A stretch of DNA of 64,000 nucleotides. It comes from Macrostomum lignano (Eukaryota). The notes under the pieces were generated by a model. It saw only the letters and a list, made by a program, of their open reading frames with translations, did not search any database and was not told the DNA's origin. A program made the translations under genes and the position numbers. The stretch spans positions 1 through 64,000 of the forward strand of contig NIVC01003182.1 of NCBI GenBank assembly GCA_002269645.1, read 5' to 3'. Positions 37,210 to 51,100 of this stretch are shown here, in pieces. How positions within the stretch are numbered: position 1 is the stretch's first letter; the number at the start of each line of letters is the position of its first letter.

Positions 37210-38590
37210 TCAGTCAGCTTTGATCTCATTATCAGCCGCCGCGGACGCCACCTTGGCCGCCTCCTCGCTGAGTGGCCCATACTCGGCGCTCATGACGGCC
37301 CGGACTCGCTCGCTGAGGGCGGGCACGTCCGACTCCGTGAGGCCTTGGGTGGTCACGGGTTCGAGCACCCTGGCCAGCACCAGGCCGGGCGAGTCGAACC
37401 GGCGCTGACGCTTCGAGTAGAAATTTGAGTAGCTCGAAAAGACCACGGGCACGACTGGGACCTGCAGTGGTGAAAAATGAGTGCGAAATTAATGTCATTG
37501 TTAGATAGGGCTGTCAGAAAGTGCGCCAGAAATCTGTCAAATAGAGCGCGAGAAATCTGTCAGAAAGAGCGTCAGAAATCTGTCAGATATGGCGCATCAG
37601 CTGTGTCGATTGGTTAATTAATTGCTAAAAGTGCAAAAGAAACAGGGCTGTGAAGTGCACTGACCTGAGCCTGCACCGCCAGATGGAAGGCGCCCTTCTT
37701 GAACTCGCCAAATTCGCCGCCAGACTGTCGGGTGCCTTCGGGGAAAATCCATACGCGCAAACGGCTGCTGGCGTTAGCCAGACGGTCGCCAAGGCGACGC
37801 ATCTCGGCGATGGCGGACTGGCGGCCTCGGGAGACGAACACACAGCCACACAGCCAGCCAGCGAGGCCAAACCATCCAGCAAAGAGCAGGGACTTCTTGG
37901 CCACTAAAATGCATGGCGAGGGCCAAACGTGACTGATGCCTATCAGGTCCAAGCTGGACTGATGATTGGAAATGACTACGAAATTTCCAGGTAGGTCGCG
38001 GATTCGATTCTTGTCTAGAACTTGAACTCGAATGCCGAATAGTCTAGTGGTGAACCACATTAGCACCATGGGATACCTGGTGTATGTAGTGATGGCAGTT
38101 TGACTTTATATTTTGGTTTATGACCAAACAACTTATATTATCTTAAAAATAAATAACTAAGAAAATATATAAAAAATTCTTTTCTAATATAGGTTTCTTT
38201 CTGAAAAAACATCATTTTAGCTCAAACATTCAAAATGTACAAAATATTGCCATGGCTCATCTGTTCCATTTTTGCTTACAATTTTAATATATTTAATATT
38301 TAAAATTCTAAGGGGAACTATAGAGCCTCAAAAAACCCTAGTAAAAAGATAAAAGGTGGATATCGTTCTTAATTTAAAAAAATACTAAGAACTTACCTAA
38401 AATTTCTTGGATCCTTTGGTTTGAGCAAACTTGGAAATGTTGATAAAAATCCATGAGTAAAAAGGTGCAGGTAGTAAACTGCCATTTTAATTCTGTATCT
38501 GACAACTGAAGGAAGTCGAGGAAAAATTATGGCATAGAACAGATAGCCAGAGATGGTGATTCCGAAGGCGTAAATTAAGAACTCGAACAT
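37210..38590 (-). CDS. AGPAT1: 1-acyl-sn-glycerol-3-phosphate acyltransferase (AGPAT1/2-like, PlsC family), 3 exons
   Basis: Exons 38590-38397, 38076-37665, 37461-37210; phase-consistent. Motifs NHQSSLD (HxxxxD), FVSR, FPEGTR, FKKGAFHLAVQAQVPVVPV. AGPAT1 and AGPAT2 are not distinguishable here. Confidence 0.93.
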
Positions 38591-40289
38591 TTTTCTCACT
38601 TCCGTACGCCCGCGTAAGCGTAAACTCTTCTTAATAGATGAATGAAATACGGTTACACCCTACTAGGCTTAGGCTTATTCTTTTTATTGTGGTATGGTAA
38701 AAAGTAAATGAACTTTGGACAACAGCTAAAAACGTTAAGTCAAGATGTTATAAAATGGATCACAAAATGCCTTTTCTGCTCATTGAAAAATTCTATGCAA
38801 GTTGAACCAGTTTTTTAACTCACAGATGTGGTCTGCACTAATTATTAACCAATTAAAGGAGAGTATTTCAGAACACAAGCATGCGCGAAGTAAACAATTT
38901 CAGCAGTTTAACAAAATTCAGCCGAATATTAATTTAAAAAATATTTATTGCCATATGTATCTAATTTTTAAAAATAAAAAACTAGTTTTATGTGTTTCTA
39001 TGAGACATTTAATCTTATAATACTATATTTCACTTCTGATTCTGCGTCCGTACAGTTCCGTAAAAGTAAAAATTGAAAAATGGGTAGGATATTTAACAAG
39101 GGATGTATTTTGTGTTTAAAATGTTTTTAGGGGACCACCTAACAGAAATATAAAAATTGTATAAAAAATTACCAAATGGAACTACAACTTTCTTTTTTCT
39201 ACAAGTTTTGACTCCCAAGATTCGACTTTTAAAAAAATAATGTGATAGTGATTCGCTAGAGAAACGAGAGTACTTTAACCGTATTTAAAGCCAGCTATTT
39301 AAACAATCAGTTAAAAATAATAGCCTACGCATTAAATAATATAAGAGATCTTAGAAGATCGTAAAAAATATAATTAAATTGAAAAAAATAAAACTAGAGC
39401 TAATGCATTTAGTTGCAACACAAAGCTATCTCTAAAACAATAAGGCTATTTTGTTATACATTTTAAAAATCTTACGATCAGGCTTGAAAGCGAATAGGCA
39501 ATGGGGGGGGGCAAAAGCAAAGCTAACCGATGGTAGGAGGCCGACTTTAGAGTGGATAATAACAAAACAACAAGTCAAACGATCCACATAATTCAATAAA
39601 AATGTAGTTTAGGCCATGGCTAACAGCGAAAAGCTAACCGTAGCGTGAATATTAGCATATAAAAATTCCGTCGATAGTTGTCCGTAACTCAATTTGCATG
39701 GAACACAATACATGCATGTGCATATGTAGCTACTGTATTTTGAAGAAAATCATGATCACAAGTCACAACTTTCATGTACTCACGAGCTATTACGTTAATA
39801 TAATATAGCTTATTGACAGCTACCGAACAATTTCTGTCAGATAAGGCGCCAGAAATCTGTCAGATAGATCAGCTGTGTCAACTGATTGATTCACAAAATA
39901 AAAAAACGAGTGAATTTTTTACAATAGCTAATTTACACATGTATTGCGAATAGAAGGCTCGCTAAAAGTCTGCCAGCGATGCATTCGGTATATATTTTTC
40001 GTTAATACACTATGAAATAGCAAGAATTTCTGATGAAGCGCACAGGTTTGCACGTCAATTCTAACAGAAGGTATAATTTCAGAATACAAAAATTTCGTCA
40101 CAAAATAAGAACTGACAATTAATCCTCTTGTAAAACAACAACAACAGAACAATACACATTCCAACTCTAGGGAGCAGTAGAACACAATTGCACAAAAAAT
40201 TTAAAATGAAATAAAATAAATACTTGTACACAGACTTGGTTAAACATAAAAAAACTGTCGTATTTTATGACTAGATTGATACAGATTAG

Positions 40290-43161
40290 CTACTGACAGC
40301 CAAGTCCCGCAATCCTGATGCCCTCCTGTTCCAGCACTTCGCGAACAATTTCAAAATTATCAGTTCGAGTGTTGGCGATTCGACTGTTCAGCTCGCGAGC
40401 CGAGGTTAGGGCGGCCTGCGCGCGGAGAACGAAAATAAAATAATAATATTACCATGGTAGTTAGTAGTAGTAGTAGTAGCAATATTCTATCAGTGCTATC
40501 AGCACTCCTCACCCTTTTTCTCTCTAAACTGGATGGCAAATGAAGGTCAAAAGATGGCGCACTTGACGTCTGACTGGAGTTGCCAGCGGCTGGTCTGTGA
40601 AAACGAGAAACAAACAAATCAATACTTTGCATGCTGAGTAGCGTTACAGATAATAATCTGATAATAATTGATGAATTGAGAGACATTCCGTTTTAAAGAA
40701 GGCAGTAGATACGTACGAGTAGCTTAGGTAATGATTGAAATATACTGATTTAGAATCAATTGCACCTTTAAAGCCATGGATGGCATCTCACCAACTCTCC
40801 CCCATTGAGCCAATTGGCATCTCAGCAACTCCCCCATTGAGCCAATTGGCATCTCAGCAACTCCCCCAATGAAGCATGGCATCTCAGCAACTCCCCCAAT
40901 GAAGCATGGCATCTCAGCAACTCCTCATTGAGCCATGGCATCTCACCAACTCCCCCATTGAGCCAATTGGCATCACAGCAACTCCCCCAATGAAGCATGG
41001 CATCTCAGCAACTCCCCCAATGAAGCATGGCATCTCAGCAACCCCCCCCCCCCAATGAACCATGGCATCTCAGCAACTCCCCCATTGGCATCTCAGCAAC
41101 TCCCCCAATGAAGCATGGCATCTCAGCAACTCCCCCAATGAAGCATGGCATCTCAGCAACTCCTCATTGAGCCATGGCATCTCACCAACTCCCCCATTGA
41201 GCAATGGCATCACAGCAACTCCCCCAATGAAGCATGGCATCTCAGCAACTCCCCCAATGAACCATGGCATCTCAGCAACTCCCCCAATGAACCATGGCAT
41301 CTCAGCAACTCCCCCAATGAACCATGGCATCTCAGCAACTCCCCCAATGAACCATGGCATCTCACCAACTCCCCCATTGAGCCAATTGGCATCTCAGCAA
41401 CTCCCCATCGAGCAATGGCATCTCAGTAACTCCCCCATTGAGCAATGGCATCTCAGCAACTCCCCCATTGAGCAATGGCATCTCAGCAACTCCCCAATGA
41501 GCCAATTAGCATCTCACCAACTCCCTTATTGAGCCAATTAGCATCTCAGCAACTCCCCATTGAGCCATGGCATCTCAGCAACTCCCCCAATGAGCCATGG
41601 CATCTCAGCAACTCCCCATTGAGCCAATTGGCATCTCAGCAACTCCCCATTGAGCCAATTGGCATCTCAGCAACTCCCCATTGAGCCATGGCATTTCACT
41701 GCTCACATCATCACGTCCTGATCCACACTGTTAGTCCGACTGTGCGTTCTCAAGGAGCCGTAGGAGAAGCCCGAAGGGTTCCGACAGTGAGCTCCGGGTG
41801 CAGTAGCAGGCACCGCAGACGACTCCAATAGCATCGCAGTTGGTGCAATCAGATGATCGGCAGTTGCCAGGGCGATATCTGTCGAATCCAAAGGTTTAAC
41901 CGAGTTTGAACAGGTAGCAGAGGTTGCAGCTGCTGCTGTTGCAGTTGTCGCCATCGCAACTGATACTGAGGCGGCAACTCCATGCGGGTTATTGTTAGCA
42001 ACAGGCTGAGAGACCGCAGCAAGCCGGCGAACTCCCAGCCTCAGGGTGCTGTTATCCAGCCTCTGTCGCTGATTATACGGACTCAATATACAGCTGTGCT
42101 CGGCTGCTGTTGAGCAAGTGGAATCGGCCGCATTGCTGCCGAGTAGTTCGGTTAAATTGAGCACAGCAAAACCCAGCTTGGAATAAGATCGGCCGCCTCG
42201 CTCCTCTTTGCGAACCGAGACACGAAGCACGATGGGAGGCCCGGGGCCGCCCAGATGACAGGCAAATTCCATGGGACCCTGGTCTGACCAGGCCACCTGC
42301 AAGGGGGGGTCCAAGGCTAGTGTTACGAAGGAGTTATGACACTAATTAGTGTTATGAATGTGTTATGACACTGGCTAGTGTTATGAAGGTGTTATGACAC
42401 TAATTAGTGTTATGAATGTGTTATGACACTGGCTAGTGTTATGAAGGTGTTATGACACTAATTAGTGTTATGAATGTGTTATGACACTGGCTAGTGTTAT
42501 GAAGGAGTTATGACACTAATTAGTGTTATGAATGTGTTATGACACTGGCTAGTGTTATGAAGGTGTTATGACACTAATTAGTGTTATGAATGTGTTATGA
42601 CACTGGCTAGTGCTATGAAGGTGTTATGACACTAATTAGTGTTATGAATGTGTTATGACACTAGCTAGTGTTATGGTGTTATGACACTAATTAGTGTTAT
42701 GAATGTGTTATGACACTGGCTAGTGTTATGAAGGTGTTATGACACTGGCTAGTGTTATGAAGGTGTTATGACACTAGTGTTATCAATCAAGGTGTTATGA
42801 CAGTGGTTAGTGTCAAGCAGTAGTTTTGGTATGGCTGATTAGTTATAACTAGTTGTTTTTTAACCGAATACACTGTTCCATGAGTTATATGATGTAATTA
42901 GCTCGTACTAATTAATAATTAATGCCAGACAACGGACCAATAAAATATAAGTCACAAGCTGCTAACCTTATTGTCTCGAATCTCTCTACGGGTTGAGTAG
43001 GCGCAGAACCTACCGCCACTGAGCAGGCGCACCTTGGCAAACAGAACCCCATTGCTGAGGGTAACACCTTCAAGCTCAATTAGCTGCAGTTGAACTCGCT
43101 GCTTTCGGGGACTCCTGCCTTGACCTCGGCCACTCAGGCCGGGTCGAGAGCAGCAGAGCAT
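40290..43161 (-). CDS. FAM102A: FAM102/EEIG-family N-terminal C2 (NT-C2) domain protein, 4 exons, ~330 aa
   Basis: Exons 43161-42967, 42296-41707, 40594-40513, 40415-40290; phases 0, 2, 0 are consistent. Motifs NGVLFAKVRLLSGG, VLRVSVRKEERGGRSYSKLGFAVLNL, RLDNSTLRL, and C-terminal TRTDNFEIVREVL resembling the family TRxDxxxIV motif. Confidence 0.88.
40785..41697. repeat. ~28-bp minisatellite (ggcatctcagcaactcccccaatgaaccat) in FAM102 intron 2
   Basis: Visible tandem array with variants. Confidence 0.95.
42318..42815. repeat. 29-bp palindrome-containing tandem repeat (dimeric 58-bp period) in FAM102 intron 1
   Basis: gttatgacactaattagtgttatgaatgt alternates with gttatgacactggctagtgttatgaaggt. 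ACACTAATTAGTGT is a perfect palindrome. Confidence 0.93.
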
Positions 43162-43704
43162 GAATTAATATAGAAAAAAAACTGTTTTCTAATAATTTAA
43201 ATAAATTATGGAATGTTAACCTGGGCTTAACCCATGTGGTTAATCTGAAATTGGAAATTTATAAAGAAAATTTTGCATTTTTAATAATTATTGAGTAATG
43301 ATTTGACAGGTCAACTTAATATTGTTACATTGATATTTATACTATAGTATGGTATAATATAAATGCTAACTATATTATTATCATTATTATAATTGTCTTT
43401 TACTTATACTGACACTTTCAGTAGAGTAGTGGATAAATTATCTGTATAATATATAATTGATCACATGATATCTCTGGCTCTTTAATTAATCAATCATGCA
43501 ATTTTCTAGAGTTGATAGAGTATCAATTGTGTAGTTTTTCTAAAGTGACAAAAATATAAATAAAGCAACAGTGCACACCTGTCACATTACTTTCAACTAC
43601 AACTAGAAACTTCAAGCAACTGATAGAAGACTAAATCATATTATTCTTCAACATGAGAACTAAAAAATTATTAGACTCTAAACCATCAAGTCACCCTTTG
43701 AGAC

Positions 43705-43925
43705 TGCTATGGGGGTGTAGCCCAGTATTTATAGTTAAGTGCAGCACTCTGATGTGCCAGTGCAGTCACATTAATTTTGGGCTAAATTGGAATCTTTGCT
43801 TGGCTCTGCAGCTCTGCTTGTGCAGTTAATTCCCTTGAAGGCCAACCGCCAAGGCACAGTGAAGTGTACATGCCTAATAATGAATAAGTTAGGGCCACGC
43901 ACATACACTCCTGTGTATGTGTGAC
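43705..43925 (+). mobile_element. Degenerate SINE, copy C
   Basis: gtgtagcccagt...ctctgatgtgccagtgcagtcacatt...tgggctaaattggaatct...ggcacagtgaagtgtacatgcctaat matches copies A and B. The B-box region is deleted. Confidence 0.7.
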
Positions 43926-45142
43926 TAAGTAAAATTTTAACTTGAACTCCCATACCAACACATAGCTTAAGCAGCATTTTTTAAAATTTAATCAAAGATT
44001 GAGCTGAATACAATATTTAACATTAACCTTGCATTAAAATAATAAGGGCATTATATAAATAAGCATTGATTAATAAAAAAGTAAAGTATATAGACTTTCT
44101 TTATCTGCAAGAGATTGTAATGTTTCAGATCATAATGGCATCTGTTAAGATTGATAATGTATAATATGATACAATTATCAGAAGCATGTCATTTTTGCCA
44201 AATATACAAATTCAACCCCTTCTATCAAACAATATAGCTAGTATAGATTCATACAAAAAATCTATTTTATATCTGATTTAGATTAGACCTACATTATTAT
44301 ATTTTTAGCTTTAAAGCACATTTAAAAGTTTTTTAATAGTATTCTAAAAGATTCTTAAGTGATACTTGTCCATATGCTTCTTTTGACAAAATAGTTTAGC
44401 CTTAACCATAATTTCAAGTCCATTTTTATATTGTTCTTTTCTCTAAATGGGTAGAGTTTGTGATTAAAAAGTGGCTCATAAGTCATAAAAAATATAATAC
44501 AAGCTACTAAAATATAGATCTGTAAACATCAAGCATCTATAGAGTTATCATGCTGAACCATCTAATGAGTAAAAAGTACATTCCTATAAACATCTTTCCT
44601 GCATACCTGAAAAGAGAACAAAGTGCACAAATGCATCATTTGTAGGAATAGTGCCTAATTTTTAATATGGATAATGGAGTGATATCTAATCAAGGTGTAT
44701 CATTTATAGTGTTAACTGAAGTCAATATAACCAACAAGGGAACTTTTGGTCAAAGCTTCTTGCTATATCAATTGACAAATATAAGAAAACTTTTCAATGG
44801 AAATAATTTTGCTAGTTTAAAGGTGTTAGACACATTTTATCCTCTATTTTGCTGACTTTTATCCTCAGACCAATAATTTTATTGTATATTTTATATATTG
44901 TAGCATTTAAGCATATTAAGTTGAAAGAGCTCATGATAATAAAACTTGGAAATATAGGATAGAAGATTTTTGTTTGCTACTCATTGAGGTAGGCAAATCA
45001 ATCTAAGTACAAATCGCTATCTTTCAATTCACTAGAAGATTTTATTCTACTATGACTTTATTGCTAATGATGTAGTGTATTTGTTTTAAAAGACCTTCTA
45101 ATATAAGTATTAAATACATTATGAAGCATTTCTAGGAAATAT

Positions 45143-48100
45143 TGTGGTAGGTTGGTCTACCACTGGGGTGAATGACGGCAGGCCTCCAGTGCGGACAACG
45201 GCTGGCTACGACCAGCTCAACTCCATCGGATGACGATTGATGTCATATTTTTTTATTTTTGCTCCCCTGTTTGTTCCCCCAGTTGTCCCCACCTTTGCTC
45301 CCTCATCTGTTCCCTCCTTTGGCCCTTGTTGTTTTTTTGTTTCCAGTGGCCAGGTTTTTCTCATTTCCCATCGTTGTCCCTTCCTTTGTCCCATCCTCTG
45401 TCCCACCCCGTGGATCCTCCACGCCAATTTTTATATATTTATGTTGTCATTGGAGTCATTTTTTCTACGCTCGCTTGCTCGCTCCTCCTTTTCATTATCT
45501 ATGTTTGTAGTTTTTAGTTTAGGTTCATGTTTTAGTTTGTTAGTTTCTCCGTGGTTTGCTGTTTGCATCCATTTTGTTTAGTTCCTAGCTCTACTTTAGT
45601 TCTCTCAGCTCGCACTTGGCACAACCAAATCTATCTTGAGTAGTTCTAATATTTAACGACAGCAATAATAACGAATAATAATAAGTTCTCCAACAACAAT
45701 AATACATTTATTCAGTTGTTCCGAATCAAAGCCTTAAGTTTCTGATTGAGTCATTTGCCCGTGGGGTGTAAAATAACCAATCAGTCTCAACTCAAAGAAA
45801 GCTCTGAGACCCTCATTGTTCCGTAATACAAAATTTACGGTGGTGGCAGCGCTAATTTACTACTGGCAGTAACAAAACGAGCATTTTGACAGTCTACAAA
45901 TTTTACGGTGTCTGAGGACAGAATTTGAACAACCATGCTGCTAAAAGACCACTCGACTGCGATTATGACTACCCTCCCCCCAGAATTGAGGACCCCGGCA
46001 GACAGAGTAACCAAGGAGAAGAATCAGTGCATCAATTCAAGAAATTTTCCGGCTTTATGAGTGTCAAGACAATGCAGGCGGCGATTCAAACATGAAATCT
46101 GCCCCACCTCACTGGTGTCGACTAACAATTCAAACCACCGATTTCAAATACCCCCAATTCATAAATTTTATTTTCTTCTCCACCTCACCTCAATATCATA
46201 GTTCAAATCTGCGCGAAAAAGAAATCATTATTATTTTTGTTTTACTGTTGTGAGTTCAAATAATATTTCACGAAATAATTTTTGTTTAAAATACATTTCA
46301 CAACTAGTATAAATGGGAGCCCAGAATGGGCCTAAAGAAGTCAACCTGGGAGTAACCTGTCTTTTACTGCAAAATTGCGAGTTCTACTAAATCCTATTTG
46401 CAAAACTTAAAGACTTCTTCATTTCCTAGCGTAAAACCCCAATTGGGAGTATTGTTAGAAAACCGCTGAAAAGCGAGAGAATTGACTAAGAGTAGAAAGG
46501 ACTTATGGAGTAGCAGGAAAAGATCGCCTCAGGGCAGAAAAGGAGCATAAGCTGTGACCCTCTGATCCAGGGACCGCTCAGGCAAAAGGTACAGTACATG
46601 TACAACTGCTACCATTAGATAAGTAGACGCTACCAATATTAGTAGTACATTTATGCAAAAGTACATTAAGTAGAAAGACAGAAAGTTTAGCCCTATAACA
46701 GCTTAGTGGTAGTAAGTAAGATTAACAAAAAGATAATTAAAAAGGAAGAATCCCCTACGACAACTTTGGTGGCATAACGGTGGAATTTTCATAGAGAGCC
46801 AAAAGGCCTATTACAACTTTGGTGGCAATTAGTGGGATAGTTGGAGGACAGAACCAACCCATGTAACAACTTTGGTAACAGCGTAAAGGATCAGAGAAAC
46901 GGCGAGAATCGAATAGATCAGAGAAATGGCAAAACCTTAGGAGACTAGAGAAATAGCAGAACCTGACAAGATCAGAGATGGCCAACGCAAACGATGCGAT
47001 TGCGATGCTAGCTGAAGAGCTAAGAAACAGGTTAGAGTTAGGACCACAAAGGCATGTGAAAATCCATAAATTCACGCCAGGTCAAGATATTAGGATCTGG
47101 TTGACTGCCTTCGACCAGCGCTGTGAAGCTGAGGGTATCGAAGAGGATAACCGGAAGCAAGAGCTTCTCGCAAACCTCGACCTGGCTACTGCATTCGCAG
47201 CAGTTCAGCGTTTGAACCTCACAGATGATCTGGAGTACGAAGAGGAAGGCTGAACAGGAAAGACTGGAAGAGATCATTAGGAAGCAGAAGTTCGAGATTG
47301 AACAGCAGAGAGCTTTGCAGGAGCTAAGAGAAGAGAAGATGCAGAATAATCAGCAGCAGTTTTCGCAGAATTATTCGTACGCTCAGGCAGCTAGGCAGTA
47401 TCCTCAGAGATACCAGCCGCAGCAGCCGCAGCCCGTTCCGCCACAGTATGGCAATGGAGCGCAGGCGCGACAGCAAATGTTCGCCCGGCAGCAGCACCCA
47501 AACCAGGGTCAGCCGAGACAACAGCCACAGACTTGCTATAACTGCGGGAAGATCGGCCACATTGCAAAGCAGTGCAGAAGTGCCAAGCAGAACGCTCAGC
47601 AGATGCAGAACTGCCCGAATAACCAGGGAAACTGAGAAGCGAGCGTCGAATAACGAGGCCACGTCCCTCTAGCGAAATCCAGAGCAAAATTCAGGCCTCT
47701 GAATTTGTAAATAATGCGTACAAAGTTAATAAGCAGTACAAGTACAAATCATGCGAAAATTATAATAAGTTTAGAAAACCCAACAAAAAACATGCGAATG
47801 CACATACAGTACCGAATGTAAATACTACGCGTGCACCTGATTGCTTACCCAAGAAAAGTACTCCGAAGCCAGAAGAGTACGTCAAGTTGAATGAAAGTGC
47901 AGAAGAAGAGACAAGTTTAGATGCCGGCACAGCGAAGAAAGGCTGAGAAGCAGTCATTGACGGAAAGATTCGCAAGCAGAATATTCGCTTTCTGTTAGAC
48001 ACAGGAGCCGGTCGTAACTTTCTAAGTAAAAGTACTTGGAGAAGAGTATGTAGAGAACAAGAGATCAGGCCATCTGATCAAAGAGTGATCACATTCGATG

Positions 48101-51100
48101 GATCAATTGTGCGAATCGAAGGAGAAGTGACAATAAAGATAATGTTCGGAGAAGTAGAAATTGTGACCGACTTCCTGCTGTGCAACCATGAGTGTGATTA
48201 TATCCTAGGAATGGATTTCTTTATGAGAGTATGAGCTTTGACAAAGGAATGATGATTTTAAAAACCGGAGTTTGCATTCCGATGCAGTTTACTAAATTGC
48301 CGGTACGAGTGTGCCGAGTCTACTGTCACGACAAGGTAGTTGTGCCAGCCTATAGTGCTTTAAGAATACCAGTCAAACTAGCTAAACGAGCAGAAATGAA
48401 CTTTGGTATGCCAATGATGATTGAGACCACTAAAGGACATATCTCAGTAAAAGATGACACACTGGATATGGTTCCAACCTTATTAACGATGAGTGATGGA
48501 ACTGGTGTGGTAGAAGTGATTAATAGGCAGAACAACGACATAGTAATTAGGAAATCAGCAATGGTAGGCATTGCCAAGCCATTGAAAGCCGAAGAATTAA
48601 CATACTTTGTTATTAAGAATGACACCGGACAAGTTAAATCCGCAAAATGCGCTGAAACTGCTGACACTGATGAATGGATTCAGGAGATTAACATCTCAGA
48701 TGAGCTATCATCAGAACAGAAAGAAAAGGTAGTCGAGCTGCTGAAAGAGAATAGGGAAGCATTCTCACAGACAAGCTAGGAGATGGGCCTCACTCATCTA
48801 GTGACCCACGAAATCTCGCTGAAGGATACGACGCCAGTCAGAATACCTACTCGCAGAATACCACCACATCTGCAGAAGCAAGTAGACGAACAGTTAGACG
48901 ATATGCTCGCTAAAAATTTAATAAGGCCGTGCTATAGCACTTATTCGACGCCATTAGTAATAGTGCCTAAGAAAGATGGAACGATTAGGATTGTCAGTGA
49001 TTTCAGAGTCTTGAACTCTCGAGTTAACTATTATCTGTATCTGTTGCCAAATATTCAGGAAACTTTCTCTTATCTAACGGGAAGTCAATATTTCAGTAGT
49101 TTAGACTTAAATTCAGGTTATTGGAAGGTATCAATTAAGGAAGAGGATAAATTTATGACAGCATTTTCTACTTTGACTAGGGGACAGTTCGAGTATCAGG
49201 TCATGGCGCAGGGACTATCTAATGCACCTGGAACATTCCAGAGACTAATGAACCTAGTATTGATGGGGATTCAACATAAATTCGCCATGTCGTACATAGA
49301 CGACATAGTAACTTACTCAACAAAATTAGAGGATCACCTGGATCACCTACGAGAAGTGTTCCAGAGACTAGTAACAGCCGGATTAAAATTAAGGCCGAAG
49401 AAATGTAACCTATTTCAGAAAGAGCTTAAATATTTAGGACACATAGTTGGTAGAGAAGGAATTAAGACAGATCCAGCTAAGATAGAAGCAATCCAGTCAT
49501 GGCCGACGCCTAAGGACGTTAAAGAATTAAGAAGCTTCCTAGGTCTTTGTAACTATTACTCTAGGTTCGTGAAAAATTATGCGAAGGCAGCGCACCCGCT
49601 CTTCCAGCTAACTAAGAAGGGAATTCAGAATTTTAAAGAGAAGTGGACTAAGAGCCATGATGAGGCCTTTGCGCTACTAAAGCAGAAAATGACATCAACC
49701 GAAGTCTTAGCTTACCCAGAGTTTACAGACAAGGAAGAAGTTTGAATGGTGCTTGACACTGACGCGAGTGATGACAGAATTGGGGCCTGCTTAGGTCAGA
49801 TACAATCTGATGGAGTTGAAAGGCCCATCGCGTACTTTAGCAGAGCCATGAAGGAATCAGAAAAGAGGTATCCAATCACAAGAAAAGAATTGCTAGCATT
49901 AGTTGACGGAATGAAACACTTCCGATTCTATCTCATCGGAAAGAGATTCCTGGCAATAACAGATCATCGCGCTATTCTGTGGCTACTTTGCCAGACTGAA
50001 GCGCAGGGAATCCTCGGTAGATGGATCGAGAGATTAAGTGAATTTCAGTATGACATTGAACACCGCAGCGGTGCTAAACACACCAATGCAGACGGACTAT
50101 CCAGACGACCCGCAGAAAGATTAGAAAACAATTAGGAGACTAAGGCAGAAAAGTGCACTGAAGCTGAGACAGGTCCAGTACCTCCTACCATTACGGTAAA
50201 CCGAAGTCAGACTAATATCTCAAACTGTAAGCACCAGAGCTGTCAGACTGATCCAATTAGAGAAGAAGTAGAAGACGATGAAGAGTACGAAGATGCAAGA
50301 GAGTATTTCGAAGATGAGGAAGAGTATTAGGATGCTAGTGATTATTTCGCTGATGATGAAGAAGTATATGAGGATGCGGAAGAAAACATTAGTGAGACCG
50401 CTTGTCAGAAACTCCTAACCGACTATCTCTTCGTCCCGCTTAAGAAGGAGCAGCTGACATCAGCTCAGCAAGACGACCCTTCTATGAGGACGCTGATAGC
50501 CTGGAAGGAGCAGAGTATCGAAATTGCCAGAAGATGCGACTAGAGAGTTGAAGCAGATGTTAAAGTTCTATAAGCAGATGAAGCTAGAAGATGAGTTATT
50601 GACCATAGATGAAGACGGGACACGAAAGGTCGTGTTGCCAGAGAATATAAAGAAAGAGGTATTCCGGGAGTTGCATGATAGTCCTCTCGCAGGTCACCTA
50701 GGTCGTGATAAAACACTTCAGCGCGTACGCAATCGATTTTGGCGACCAGGGCTAGCAACTGCAGTAGAGAAGTATATTTCGGAATGTATTTCTTGTTTAG
50801 AGAGTAAGGCAGGAAATAAGGTGAAGGCGCCAGTGCAGTCCTTTCCAATATGCGAGCCGTTTCATAGAATTCATATTGACCTGATTGGGCCGATCTCAAA
50901 AGAGAGTCGAAGAGGTCATCGCTACGTACTAACAGTAGTAGATAGCACCACTCGGTTCCTGTTTGCATTTCCAGTGCGAAATCAGAAATTGGATACAGTG
51001 ATTAAGATCATACAAGAAAGGATCTTTAGCGAATACGGACAATGTCAGTGGATCCACACTGACAACGGCAAGACATTCGTCAGTCGTCAGTTCCAAGCAT

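Noticed and set aside
36219-37408. E/R/G-rich and S/P/L-rich ORFs of 248-353 aa
   Set aside because: They come from the GA-only low-complexity tract.
40360-40686. 108-aa ORF with an apparent transmembrane poly-Leu stretch
   Set aside because: The hydrophobic stretch is an (ACT)n tract inside a 97-bp intron; the flanks are exons 3 and 4 of the FAM102-like gene.
45143-45830. Solo LTR interpretation
   Set aside because: There is no flanking TSD and a PBS-like motif follows, so it was treated as a candidate 5' LTR; unconfirmed without a second copy.
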